A DNA stretch of 64,000 nt from Lama guanicoe (lineage: Eukaryota), in assembly GCA_013239625.1 (NCBI GenBank), contig MU054323.1, positions 6,189,220-6,253,219 on the forward strand, read 5' to 3'. Under the pieces are notes generated by a model that did no database searches, had not been told where the DNA came from, and was given only the letters and a program-made list of their open reading frames with translations. Made by a program: the position numbers and the translations under genes. This document shows positions 11,313 through 25,199 of the stretch, piece by piece (positions within the stretch are counted from its first letter, which is position 1; every line of letters starts with the position of its first letter).

Positions 11313-13610
11313 AACTTTTTTTAAGTTCAATCATTTTTAGTAAATTAATTCAGTTGGGCAACCACCACAAATCAGTTTTAGAATATTTTCACTACCTCCA
11401 AAAAGTTCCCTTGTGCCCATCTGCAGTCAGTCCACACTCACACTCCAAGCCAACAACAACTGATTTGGTTTCTGTGTCTAGAGACTCGTCCCCTCTAGAA
11501 ATTGCATATATTGAGAACAATTAGTCTTTTGTGTATGGCTTCTCTCACTTTTACCATAAAAAACTGAAGATCATTCACACTGTAGAATGTATCAGTAGTT
11601 CGTTCCACTTATTGCTGAATAATATTTCACTCTATGAATACATACAACATTTTGTTTCACCAATCACCAATTAATACATGGGTTGTTTCCACTATGATGA
11701 ATAATACCAGTAGGAACTTTCACATACAAATCTTCGTATAAACGTATGTTTATATTTCCCTGGTGTAGTTACCTAGGAGTAGAAATGCTGAGTCACATCA
11801 CAAGTTTATGTCTAACATTTTAAGAACTGCCAACTTTTCCAAAGTGGCTACATCATTTTACAATTCCACCAGCAGTATACAAGGATTCAAGTTTCTCTAC
11901 ATTCCTGCCAACACTTGGTATTGTCTGTCTTTGTGATTACAGCTATCCTAGTGGATGTGTAGTGGTATCTCATTCCTTAATGACTAATGATATTGGGTAT
12001 CTTTTCTCATGTTTATTAGCCCGAGAATATAAATACTCCTTGATAAAACGTCTATTAAATCCTTAGCCCATTTTTAAATTGTAGTTTTCTTTTTAAATTC
12101 AGTTGTGATAAAAGTCATAACAATTTGCCATTTTAACAGTTTTAAACTGTACTGTCTGTAGCATTAAGTATACTCACATTGTTATGCAATTATCACTACC
12201 TATCTACTTCCAGAACCGTTTCATCCTTCCCAACTAAAATTCTACCCATTAAACACTAACTCCTCATACTCTCCCTTGCCCCAACCCGTGTCAACCACCA
12301 TTCTACTTTCTGTCTCCATGAATCTTGTATAAGAGGAATCATATTTGCCCTTTTGTAACTGGCTCATATCATTTAGTATACGGTCCTCAGGCTCACCCAT
12401 GTTGTAGTTACTCAAGTTGTAGAATATGTCAAAATTTCCTTTCTTTTTAAAGCTAAACAATTTACATTGTATGTATATCCCACACTATGTTGATCGGTTC
12501 ATCGTTTGACGGATACCTATACCGTTTCTGTATGTTGGCTATTGTGAATAACGCTGCCATGAACATGGGTATACAAATATCTGTTTGAATCCCTACTTGC
12601 AATTCTTCGGGTACATACCCAGAAGTGCAACTGCTGGATCACATTGTAATTTTGCTTAATTCTTTAAAGAATCAGCAAAATACACTTATTTTCAACAGAG
12701 GCTGCACAATTTTACATTCCCACCAGCAATGCAAAAGGGTTCCAATTTCTTCATATCTTGACTAACACCTTATCTTCTGTTTTTATGACAACAGTAATCC
12801 TACTGAGTATAAAATAGTATCTCAATGTGGTTTTGATTTGTAGTTCCCTAACGATTAGTGATGTTCAGCATCTTTTCATGTGCTTTACTGCCATTTTAGC
12901 ATCTCCTGTGGAGAAAAATCTATTCAAGTACTTTGTCCATTTCTAAATTGGTTGTTTGGGGGTTTTTTGTTGTTGTTGAGTTGCAGGAGTTCTTTATATA
13001 CTCTGGGTATCAACCCCTTATAAAATATGTGATTTGCAAATATTTTCTCCCATTCAGTGGGTTGTCTTTTCACTCTGTTAATAGTACCCCTTTAATATAC
13101 AAAAGTTTTTAATTTTGATGAAGTCTAATTTATCTATTCTTCCCTTTGTTACCTGTATAACTGTTGTCATATCCAAGAAATTATTGCCAAATCCAATGTC
13201 ATGGAGCTTTCCCCTTATGTCCTTCTCTAAGAGTTTTATAGTTTTAGGTCTTACAATCCATTTTGAGTTAGTTTTTTGCATATGTGTAAGGGTCCAAATT
13301 TTTTTTTTGTATGTGAACATCCAGCTTTCCCAGCACCATTAGTTGAAAAGACCATCCTTTCCCCAGTGAATGGTATTCACACTCTTCTTGAAAATCATTT
13401 GATGTAGTCTTATTATCACACTTAAAGAGTTCTTTATACAATCTGGATATAAGTCTTATCAGATACGTGATTTGACAAATTTGAAATATTTTCTCCCAGT
13501 CTGTGGCTTGTTTTTTCATTCTCTTAATGGTGTCTTTTAAAGAGTAAAAGGTTTTAATTTGGGTAAAGTTCACTTTATCAAATTTTTCTTTTATGGATCA
13601 TGCTTTTATA
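11313..13610 (-). mobile_element. Old L1 (L1MB-like) 3' portion with a second L1 3' portion nested at about 12090-13402
   Basis: Two L1 3'UTR/ORF2-end sequences in series, with ORF2-like remnants (IDKLDFIKIKNFC; TIKRMKKQATDWEKIF). The outer element resumes after 13403, and tgtagt(t/c)tt is duplicated at 12080 and 13403. Confidence 0.85.
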
Positions 13611-15328
13611 TTTTATACTATTACAGCACTTCTACTATATTATATTTTCCAAGTCTCTCTTCCCTCTGAATGTTTAAATTCTTAGAGAACAGTGGCTATC
13701 TGGGTTTTCAACTATTTTATTTCATTCAACAAAAATTTACTATACTAGCAATACATATGTGTGTATATATATATAAATCTATGTGTGAGTATTGTGTGTA
13801 TGTGTACATACAGAAATTGCGTTAGGCAGTTAGACACTGTGAACGGAAGAGTGAAGAGAAGAGACACTGTCTTAAATTCAGACTTATTAGTACATTACAC
13901 TGCATAGAACAGGCAATACGTTTTTGATGAATGAACAATGATCTTAATTTGATGAATGCAAAACCTCAATTCCCTAACCACTCATCAGCCTAAGCATCAC
14001 AATATAAAGAACTGTCTCTCTGCGGTTTTAGTATAGGGCAGTATAGGTGCACGAAATTTGGAATCAGACAAACCTGCTCCACCACTAGCTATAAGACCCT
14101 AGGTAAGTTACTTTACCCCCTGTTGGCATCAGTGTCTTCATCTGTCAAATGGGAAAACAATACTTTTCTCACTGGACAGTTAAAAACTTACGTTAGTTAA
14201 TATATATTATTAGCTTATACAGTGCCTGGCACACAGCTACATAAACAGCAGCAATTCTTTATTAGCAAATCTTCTTGTTTTACCTTATTTAATAAAATGT
14301 TAGAGTTGTTAGTTTCCAGTTTTGAAGGTAGAGTTTATGCAACCTCTGAAATGGGGAAAATTAATAGTTTAAAAACTAAAAATCTCAAAGAGAAAAGATG
14401 TGGAAAATCAGGTCAGAAAAGAGCCTAAGATGGTTTTCATAAATAAAATTTTCTTTCCTCAAAACAGGTATACAATCTATTAAAAATAAAAATTAACATT
14501 CTACATACCTTAAAATAGTATAATTCATGTTCATTTACAATACTTTTTTTAATTAAAAAAAAAACAACTTGGGAGGCATGCCTTCCTCTTAAATTTTAAG
14601 AATCGTAATATTGTTTTACAACCAAAGTATTAACACTCAGATATTTCTCTTGTACATATGATCATTCAACTGACTTTTCAATGCCCCTACCTGATGTTTC
14701 TACTTGTTATTGGTTTTTACTTCCTAGGTTCCACCATAAACTGAGAAACACAAAATGACATGAAATACTGAGATGACAAAATGCTGTATGAAATCTTTAC
14801 TTTCATCAGTGTAGCTGAGGAGGTATTTCTTTAAAATTCATTTCCAATATACTGAATTATATCATTCTGAGCCTGCCCACAATAATTTAATACCAAAGTA
14901 CACACTGTGAATCTCTACAGGAATTTAAGTGCAATTCTTTCTGACCAAAATCTGCTTTCCTTTTCCAAATATTTCTACTTCTATCTGCTTTCTGGTTTAA
15001 AAGTCTCTTTTTAATGTTCAACCTTTTTTGTAATTCTCCTGAAGAGAAATAAGTTTTGCAATTCTCATATATCTCAAGTAAAATTCTTCAACTATTCTCA
15101 GAAAAAGTCTTCAGAGTCCACAGAAGTAGATTTTACTTAAACTAAAACGTTACAAAAAAAAAGGGGGGGGGAATGACATTGGGCAGGAGTTATCTAAAGC
15201 CTATGTGGTGATTCAATGGTTAATTCCTTTTTTTCATACAGCAAACATTCACTAAGCAATTCCAATGTGTCAGGAAAGTAAAGGGCAGTAAGACAGTTCT
15301 CTACTCTCAAAGAGCTCATGGTCTAGGT

Positions 15329-15850
15329 CAAAAATTCTCAAACATTTTGATCTCAGGACCTTACTAAACTCTTAAAAATTACTCAAGAACCTAAAAGAGC
15401 TTTTGTTTATGTGGGTTATACCTGTCAATATTTAAATATTAAAAATTAAAACTAAGAACTTTCCAAATTACATATTCACTTAAAGCTCATTACATGTTAA
15501 CATTTAAAAATACATTCTTCTGAAAGATCTATTTTTCCAAAATATGTTCTTTTGAAAGATCTATTTTTCTAAAATATAAAATATATATAAAATAAAATTT
15601 AGTGAGAAAAGTGGCATTGTTTTCCATGTCTTCAAATCTCTTTAATGTCTGGCTTAAGGAAAAACAACTGGATTCTCATTTTCTGATTCTACATTCAACC
15701 TGTTACAATAATGTTGTTCTGACTGACGTATAAAAAACTCATATTCAAGAAGATACACTGTTGAGGGAAAAAAAAAAGAGAAGTGAGACCAACCCCCTAA
15801 AGTCTTATAGGGTTCACAAGGATCACTGGACCATACTTTGAAAACAGGGA
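15329..15850. mobile_element. hAT-Charlie non-autonomous element (MER119-like)
   Basis: Termini caaaaattctcaaac...actttgaaaacaggga, flanked by gtctaggt / gtctagag (8-bp NTCTAGAN-type TSD). Contains a 32-bp tandem duplication at about 15515-15578. Confidence 0.7.
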
Positions 15851-17387
15851 GTCTAGAGCAATGACTTTCAATTTTTTTTTCATCAAACACCTCATCAGTA
15901 AAAAATTTGAAAATATTCCCTCCAGTATATGCATATTTATTTAAACATACTATTCTACTAATACTACTATTTCTATTATAAAACATTATACATAAAATAT
16001 TTAATATAAAAAATTAAAATGAATAGAAGTTCTGATGTTTTTCTCAATATTCCAATGTACTGTCTTATTTCGAGTACAATTGGAATAGAAGAGACAGAGA
16101 GAAATACAGAGGCACATTTATAAGAGAATTCTTTAACTCTAAAAGATGAGCTAATCACTTCACCCCACAAAAAGAAGACATTTTTATAGCCTTAATAAAA
16201 TAACAGTCTCATGATGACTAATTCATTTTTGGTTTTGTTTGTTTTTAAAAATTGAGTAGAGAATAACTTTTCATCTCTGAATGAGTTTATTTTCTGATGA
16301 AAATAGTAGCATTTATTACAGAAGACTTAAAAAACAGGTAAGAAAACAAAAATTACTATAATCTTAAGACTCAGAAATAATTACTATTTAACATCTCTAT
16401 TAATAGTTACATATAAGTGGTTTTATATATATATAAAAAAACATTCAAACATCTTTTCATGACATTAAATGTTTTCTACATCAGTATTTTTTTAATAGTC
16501 CTGTGTTTCATGGAATAACTCTACTGTGACCTAATCAGTCCCCTATTATAGGACATTTAGATAGTTTCCAACCCATGACAAAAGGCTATGATAAAGGCTT
16601 GTATTTTTTTATGTTGTTTATGTTGTGTCTGTGTTTGTCCATGAATTATATTTGCCTATTCAGTAGGCTAAAATCTGGATCTTACTGTTATTCTAACCTA
16701 CCAGTGTATTTTCTTAAATACGCTGTAGTAACTAATCATTTCTTTCTTCTAGAATCACTTAGTTTTTTGCTACCCACTGTCTACTTCATTACTTCCATAG
16801 AGCTGGCACCTTGCTAACCTACACTTACTTGGTCTGCAATTCTCCGTGCTCTTTATTCATTCACTAAATATTTATCAGTATATGCTAAGTATAATTCACC
16901 ACTATCTCAGTTTGTGACCTAAATAAAGCAATATCCTAATGGCAAAGCTGAAGTTAAAATGAAAGGCTTGGGGGCAGAGGAAGCTTTCTAAAAAATTAGT
17001 AGAAAATATATTATGTAATCAGTAGTCTGAGAAAATTCCCACAATCTTCACCCTATAGATGTGAATATCCATGATAACTTTAGTGGCTGCTTGATTAATA
17101 AGGGCAAAGAATACAGAAGACAAAAGTGGGGAGGTGGGTGCTGAAATTTCAGGATTCAATGCTAATATATTTCTAATATTTTAGCTACTAATTAAGGGTA
17201 CTGGTAAACAAATAATTTTAAAAACCTACTAACTAGTAGGCTTTTTTAATCCACTAAAAATTATGACAACATTGAAAATGTGTATGATGCAATGTTAGTT
17301 CTAAAAAACTAAACCACCAATAAAATCACACATACCAATACACAAGAATAAGCAAAATGAAAACTATATATCAAGAAGACAGGTTCA

Positions 17388-17641
17388 ATTTGACACAACA
17401 CTGTAAAATGATTATAAATCAATAAAAAATGTAGGAAAAAAAAAAAGACAGGTTCAACATAAACACAGGTTTATACTGTAGAGCACAGGGAACTATATTC
17501 AATCTCTTGTAGTAACTTAGAGCAAAAAAATATGAAAACAAATATATGTATGTTCCTATATGACTGAAGCACTGTGCTGTACACCAGAAATTGACACATT
17601 ATAAACTGACTATACTTCAATTAACAGTATATTTAAAAAAA
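17388..17641 (+). mobile_element. Two adjacent 5'-truncated L1 3' tails
   Basis: Both contain ttgacac...ataaa/gtaaa...gaYtata...tcaat followed by an A-rich tail. Delimited by three copies of aagacaggttca. Confidence 0.85.
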
Positions 17642-18974
17642 AAGAAGACAGGTTCATTAAGACTTTTATTTATACATTTTTCAAACAATATAAGGAAAAT
17701 TCAGGTAAGTATATACTCCTAACTAAAACCCTCAATTATTCTGGTTTTTCTTTATCTTTTATAAAATTATAATAAAATTAGTTAACAGTGAAGATCTAAT
17801 TTCAAAAAGTGGCTCCTAGGTAATGTCCAGGTTCAGTCTATTCTTCTAAATTAATTTCAGGTGCAATTGTACTTTATAATACTAATATAATACCAAACAT
17901 TTTATAGCTCTGTGATTTCCAAAATAAATTCACATATATTGCCTTGCACTAACAAGCCTGTCTGTTATTATCCATATTTTGTAGATGAAGAAACTGAGGC
18001 TATTCTAGGTTCAAATATTTACTCAAGATCAAAAGACAAGTAAGTCAGTACCATGGTTTTCCTGACTCTTACTACATATGTCTTTCCACTAAACTTTACT
18101 GCCCCTGTGATTAAAAAAAAATTTCTGATTAACGGTCTCCAAATAATACCAGACTCTGAATAACAGAAAAGAACTATTCTACATTTAATATACTTTTCTT
18201 ACAAGAGTAGTAAGTTGTACAGATCTTTAGCAAGACAGATAACAAACACTGAAACAGAATGAAAAAGCCTGGTAAACAAACATCTGAATTATAACATTCT
18301 ACATAATCAAGATTTATATTATAGCATCTGAAATATGTAAATCTTTTTATAAGAACTGTGTTGCCTGGGCAAATTACTTGTAAGCATTTCTAAAGGAGAT
18401 TATTTCAAAACCTAGTAAGCACAGAATGTTAAAATAATTTTTAAAAAACCAGTTTCATTCATATGAGCTGATCTACTAATTTTTTCGGAAACAACTGCGA
18501 TTTTTACCTCAGATTCCACTATATTAAATGAGTTAGATTTGAATTCAAAAGCTAAATAATAGATTTGAAAAATATGCACAGTCATAATAATATTCAACTT
18601 AACATGATGTTACCAATGAAAGAGCTGAAAGGTCAAATCCCACCAAATAATCTAACAAATGGTAAGAATGAGGATAGTTAGAACTGACGATAATACGGCT
18701 CAGATCTTATTAGTAGGTACTGTATATATGCTGGGGTCCAGTCAAAGCAAGAATTCTCTCAGTACTCACAACATGAGGAATACATCAAAATATACACCAA
18801 AAAAGAAACTGAAATTTAAAACATTAACTAAAGTCACATAGCTAATAAGTGGTACAACCAAGGCATGAACCTTGACAGTATTGATTTTATAATAACTAAA
18901 ATGTGTCAAATTTATAAGGTCAACTATTTTAAAACAATATAATAAAAAAAGATAAATATTTCATCAGTTCTTAC

Positions 18975-19160
18975 CTCTTCAGGCAGTTCACTGTACATAG
19001 TTTCAGAGGTAGACAATAAAAATATGGGTGAAAATGATGGTATATCTTGTAGCAAAGTCAAAAAAGTTGCTCTCACAGTTTCACTGACAGCTTCCCACCA
19101 ATCACCAATGTGAGGCATATAAACAATACTAGGTACTGTTCTTCGAGCTTCACGAAAAAT
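18975..19160 (-). CDS. ATAD2B: ATAD2B coding exon, window exon 8 (AAA2 degenerate Walker B)
   Basis: Acceptor ccttaattAG|ATT, donor GAG|GTAAGA; 186 nt. Encodes IFREARRTVPSIVYMPHIGDWWEAVSETVRATFLTLLQDIPSFSPIFLLSTSETMYSELPEE. Confidence 0.96.
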
Positions 19161-22100
19161 CTAATTAAGGAAAGAATTAGCATTAAAAATTTAAATAGAT
19201 ATTATTCTAAAGTCTACACAATAACTTCCAAATACATAAAATGTGTCAGGCCTGTTACTGTAATTATTTTCAGCTCTGATATTTAAGTTGTTCAAGATTT
19301 TATGCACAAGACTTACATACAGCTTCTATCTACCCTTATCCCACCTAAAAAAAGGAATATGTTTTGTTATTTTATTATTTCTATTCAGTATATATTAATA
19401 GTATAAAGACATCAAATTGCTCCACTTATATATCATGTAAATAAAGCAAAACACCACTACAAAATATGCTGCAAATAAAGAGATAAGCATGCACCTGTAT
19501 GTCACCCACGTCAGAGTGACTATCAGTAAGCACGAAGAAGAAAAGGAAGACATAGTTTACATGTTCTTGCACAATGCCTAAAATCACTCAACATACGAAT
19601 TAAGTATTTTAATCAAGATGTACCACCCTAGGGCTTAAAATTAATGAACTACCTGCTGACCACTTGTTTAGCTCCTATTACCTTAATTCAATCTTCTATA
19701 AAACAGTCACAAAATACCCTTAATCTCTAAAGAGCAAAAAATGAATTAGCAAAAAGCTATGAGACACTCTCACTTCAGAAAATACAAAATTTAAAGTTTC
19801 CTCAGGTGTTCAAAAGAATCATAACTATAGCTTCAGTCACAGTCTGCCAACACATGCCAATGAAGACCAGGTTGGCTATTAAGTTGCCAAACAGAACTGC
19901 TGCCCTTTACATAAAAGCCAACAACTGCTCGATAACCCATCAACAAATTCTCACAGGTTAATATGACATCTCTGCAGTACTTTTAATAAGTGTAAGGATA
20001 AGTGTAAAAATCTTTCTTCAATGTAATTTGAGAATTCTACTCCTAAAATTGTCTACTATTTTAAACATATTTCAATTAACCTATGTAATATGCAAAATAC
20101 AGAAAAAAGAATTAATCTTTTAAATGATTAGGATTATTAGAAACATTCCTCCTAAGATTCAAAAGGATTATTTTTCTTTAATAAGTAAGTCTACCACTTC
20201 CATGAATTTTTAAAATACTATACTTTCTACAGCTTTAAATCTCCTGTGTAAAATAAAATGTATGGCCAATTTAATAGTAAGTCAAATGAAAGATGCTCAA
20301 ATAAAATTTCCCCCCAAATTGGAAATATAGATGTTATGATCATTCACATCAAAATATTTGCTCCTTCCCTTCCTTTAATATTTGCATATCCACCAATCCA
20401 GAACAGTTGTACAGTACAACTCCTTCAGGACTCTCAAATTTTAACCTTTTCTGCAAACATGTACCCTCTTATCCAGGATCCTGAAAATTCAAGAATTACT
20501 GCTTTCCAAAGTTCTTGTAGAATATTTTGTAGAATACTCATAAGAGAAAAACAAGCATAAATATTGGCAAAGGAAGGAACCACACAGGAGCACAAAGGCA
20601 AGAGAGGCATTTGATTTCAAAAATAAAAAAATTACAAGCCACCCAAATCAGGCATTTGGTTTGTGGAAGACAGTGACCAATGCCTACTGTTGCTTCCCAG
20701 TTCCATTCTGTACTGGTAAAAATAGGGAAAGTCAGAAGGGAGAGCAAGGTAATTATATGAAAAAGACTAATAAGCTACATAGCTTACTGGGAAACACCGC
20801 AAAATTACCTATCTAATTCAGCCATGCAAGTTACCACATGCCCAGGGAGAGATGAGAAACATGCCTTTTTAAAAAATTAAATTTTGCCTTGCATTCTACT
20901 ATTTGTAGGTTAGATTTTCTAGGAGTACGTGTTGAGAACATCTAACTGCTAACAAGTATCAAAGAATATGGGCAAAGCAACAGATGGTTAAGTGATAATA
21001 AAAAACTTTACAGTGCCAGAAGATAAATAATGCATTACTGTAGGTGTTTTAAACTTATCTGCAAGGCTGCCCTAGATGTACAAGCATCACCGACTCTAAA
21101 AGAGTTGAGGCTTTTTTTCTATTTTTTCACTCTCTTCATTCAATCTTCTCAAAATCAGCAAATTGAACATCACACTATTGACCTTTTTATTTCCAAAGAC
21201 TTTAGGAAAATATTTGGATTAACAGAATTTCTGAAATTATATTGAAAAACTTAGAAGGGATAAAAACAGGAAAAAAGTCTAAGACAAATATAGAAAAATT
21301 AAAAGGCTCAGGCTTTCTGGCCCATGAATATATAATTACATAGATTGAAAATTAATGTAACTATACGCAATACCAATAACCTCCGAATATTTCCAAAACT
21401 TCTCTCCTAAGCCTTTAAAGGAAAAACATCCTTTATTTCTAGAAAAATTTAAAAGCACTACTAAAACAAGTTTCCTTTTTAATTCCTTACTCCATGGTAC
21501 CTCCAAATACTAAAATAAACTTTAATATTTTCTTTAAAAATATAGCCAACCTATCATAATTCTGTTTTTGTAATGAAATTTCAAAAAGAATAGAGTCTGA
21601 GAATAGTATTTAAAAATTCAGAAAAAGATTTAATCCTATTGTGATTTTTCTATAAAGTGAAACCAGATCTTTAGCAGTTTGCTGGTAACTTTTGAAGTTG
21701 TGGAATAACACTCTGTGAAATCAATTAACCAGATATTTCATAGAAGAAAAATAAAGCCTAGTTTTAGTGAAGCGGCAACTGTCTTGGGAACAAGTGATGC
21801 CATTTGATAACTAGAAAAATACTCACCTACAGGGTGTCTTGGATTGGTGGATGTGCAAGGTGTAGTAGAAAACAGAAAAACTGTTATAGAGAAAAAAAGA
21901 CAGTAGGCCAAATTACTGAACCAACCGTTTCAAAATACCTCTGACATGACCAGCACTCTTGCACAAGTAAAATGAACAAACACCAGTGTATGTGAACTGT
22001 TCATTTTAATTCTTTAAACAATATACTTCTGGCCTCTTCTTGCCCCAGACATCATAGTCCCTTTATATAACTTTTTTTAAAGTTTCTTGATTAAAAAAAT

Positions 22101-23754
22101 CAAAAACTATTTTCTCTGAATATTAAAGACATGAAAGGCAAAAATCAGGCCATTGAAATTAGAAGTATCCATGCAAGGAAGTACTGATAATATAAATTGC
22201 AGCTGTATTTATAAAAGTTCTTATCTCAAAAGCTAAATTTCAAATCAATATTTTAGACGCCAAATTAAAATGTTCAGTGTGTGAAAATTTACTGTATTTT
22301 TGTTAAGAATATATAGCCCATAACAAGCCATTTTCATTAGAAACTGAAAACTAGAATCAACTTAAATACAAATGTGAATGAAGTAAAAAGCTCCAAGCCA
22401 GTAGAGCTTTCACCTTCCTAAAAGGAGCTATATAAAAAAGAGAAAAACAACATTTTGTCATCAATAAACTTCAAGAATTTGTCTTGATCATGTTACAGTA
22501 TTATGAATGTGCTAAAATTATATAAAATATAGATAAATATCTTGGGAGCTAAAATATTCTCAAATTTTATAAAAATTAAAAAGCACTATTTAAGTTTATT
22601 TTAATAAACTTTTAAATCATGCTATCAAAATATTAAAATAAATACTATATCTGCATTACTGATAACTTTATTCCATAATATCACTTACTCCATTTATGTT
22701 CCATTTATCTAAGATTTACTGAGCATCTCTGTGAAAGAAGGCACTGTTTGGGATCTGAAGATAAGGATTCAAGAAATAAAATGCCCAATTTCTTTACAAG
22801 CAAATAAAATCAGTATGCTACAAAACACAGCTATACTAGAGTTTCTGAACAAAGGATGCACATAAATCAACACTTACTGAAAATTAAATCACCCAATTCC
22901 TTTTCTGATATTTTCATTGCTAAAAACTTCAATAATTTCAGTAAATGTGATACACTTTGGAACAGGACAATTTAACTTGTTTACAAATCAAAAAAAAAAA
23001 AAAGTAGGTATGGTAAAACACAGATGTGTACCCATGTGCACAAACACAAGAGTGTCCAAAGTATACATAAACTGCTATGGAAAGATCCAGAAATCCTTAT
23101 ACACAAATACAAGAGCATCCAAAGTATACACATAGTTAAGTATATTAATTCCTTAATGCTACTTAACAAAACAGATTTCCCCTGAGAATTTCCAGATATA
23201 ATTTCTTTCCAGGGAAAGAAAAATACTAAAATTTTCACCCCAAGACCTTATTGACCATTCGAAATTACTCATAATACTATACAGTACCCAAACTCCAAGC
23301 TTCTGACAGACCATATATAAATTTATCAATTCAATCATATTTTTGTACTAATGAAGAAGATATATAATAAAGTCATCAATCCCTTTTTTCCCAAATTAGT
23401 AGAAATAATGTGAGACCAAAAACAGGTGAAAATGTCAGAAAGGGGAATCAAAGTTGTTGCTTCTTTTTTTTTTTAAGTATGTTAATACAGTAAATCTTCT
23501 ACTATATATAGATACTAATGTTTCTAGTCTTGTAAGGCTCCATAATTACTTGTGAATGTAGTGGGACAACCATAAATCTTTCAGACTATACCAGGGTTTT
23601 CCATTCTCCTTTCAGAGCCTTTGGGAGACAATGAAATACCCAGTAACATACAAACTTACACGCACACACACATACACACACAGTTACTTTATGAACTCCG
23701 GCAACTGTTTCAGTTACATATGTCGAACCAGAGTCCTGTGACCAGGTAAAATAC

Positions 23755-23942
23755 TGTATCTCAAAGTGTGATCTACTGAAGACCAAGAACAGTACTAACC
23801 AGGATGCATGCTTAAAGTGCAGATTCCTGTGCTCATCCCAAATTTAATGAATCAGAATCTCTGGGTGTGGAGCCAGAGAATCAGAAATTGTAATAAGCAC
23901 TCCCAGGAGATTCTTATGCTCATTAAATCTTAAGAAACAATG
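23755..23942. mobile_element. MER5-type hAT-Charlie MITE
   Basis: gcagattcctg...tgaatcagaatctctggg...cccaggagattcttatgc is the MER5 core. A weaker copy lies at about 40425-40590. Confidence 0.75.
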
Positions 23943-25199
23943 ATAAAACCCTGCAGCAGACACTAACTCCTCTACCATTTTTCATCCAAATGACATTAAT
24001 CAATAGCTGAGGCAGTCAGAAGAAGAAAAGGAAGTTTTGTTATATATTTGTTTGTATGTGGATGTTTTAAACAACAGATACAGAGTTAAACATGGTTCCC
24101 AGGGTATAAACAAGTATCAAGGCTCTTCCCCTCTTTCCATCTTATCACATATATAAACACAGGTCTTTAAAGGTGATTTAAGACTTCTTTACTTTTAAGC
24201 TACCTTTGTGTTTCTGTTACACTATTAAATAAACCCAATTTAATTTGTATTATCTTAGAGGCAGAGGAAAAGGGACAATCACAGAAGAAAAACTTGCCAC
24301 AGAACAAACCTTTAGATTCCACATCTATTTAGAGATAATCCTGGAAAGCCTAGCTACCAAGAGAAGTAAAACAAAAGGGAAGAAAAGAAAGGGAATCTAG
24401 AACAGAAGAATAGAGAGAAGGGGTTTTTTATCTTTTCAGCATTTCAGCACCTGACTTGTGCACTCTCTTCCCTAGGACTTTTATACCTACTTATACCAAG
24501 CCTGCCAATTGCTACAAATTAAGAAAAAAAGTCTTAAGTTTTATTATATAATAGCCTCTTTTTAAAGAATTTTTTAAGAGAGACAGTATTATGTTTCTGA
24601 ACGTAAAATAATTGTAAATATACACTTAAAATACAAACACTCAGGGATTAACCCGGACAGTTTATCTGATCTCTGGTCAGTATTCAGAGGAAGTTAGAGC
24701 TTCAGCTACCAGAACTACAAAATTCTGACTCTGTGCCTGCATAGAATGGACATCCACATGGTAGTCACTCAAGAATAAGCCCTTCTTCTAACTCAGAAGC
24801 TCAGATGTGAACTCAGAGAAGATGAGATGTCTTGACATACTAGATGCAATGTAGTACAAATGAAGACAATAAATGGTGGGTTTTTGTTGTTTTCCACTGC
24901 CAAGTGACACTGCTCTCACCCTCCCCAACACAACAAAAAAAGTAGTAAAATCAAGAAATGTGGAAGAGACCAAAGAATATGCAGTGAGAATTCACATTTA
25001 GCCAATGATGCCAAGTAGGATTCAGGAAAAAAAATCCCAAGATCCCATTAACATCAACATATAGTTTACGACAATGCTTCTTAAATATTTCCTTACCTAA
25101 CATTAAGCCAGTATTGTGTTTATGAATATATATACATATTAGGCATAAAGGATAACTATAGACTGAATACCCTCTTCACTTTGAAAATGTTCCTCTTTC

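Noticed and set aside
19501..19520. TGACGTGG (UPRE/CREB-type) motif inside a gtcac/gtgac inverted repeat
   Set aside because: A single 8-mer in 64 kb is expected by chance and there is no supporting cluster.
23039..23130. CRISPR-like repeat-spacer-repeat
   Set aside because: Only two imperfect copies, no palindrome, no cas genes, and it lies in a mammalian intron.
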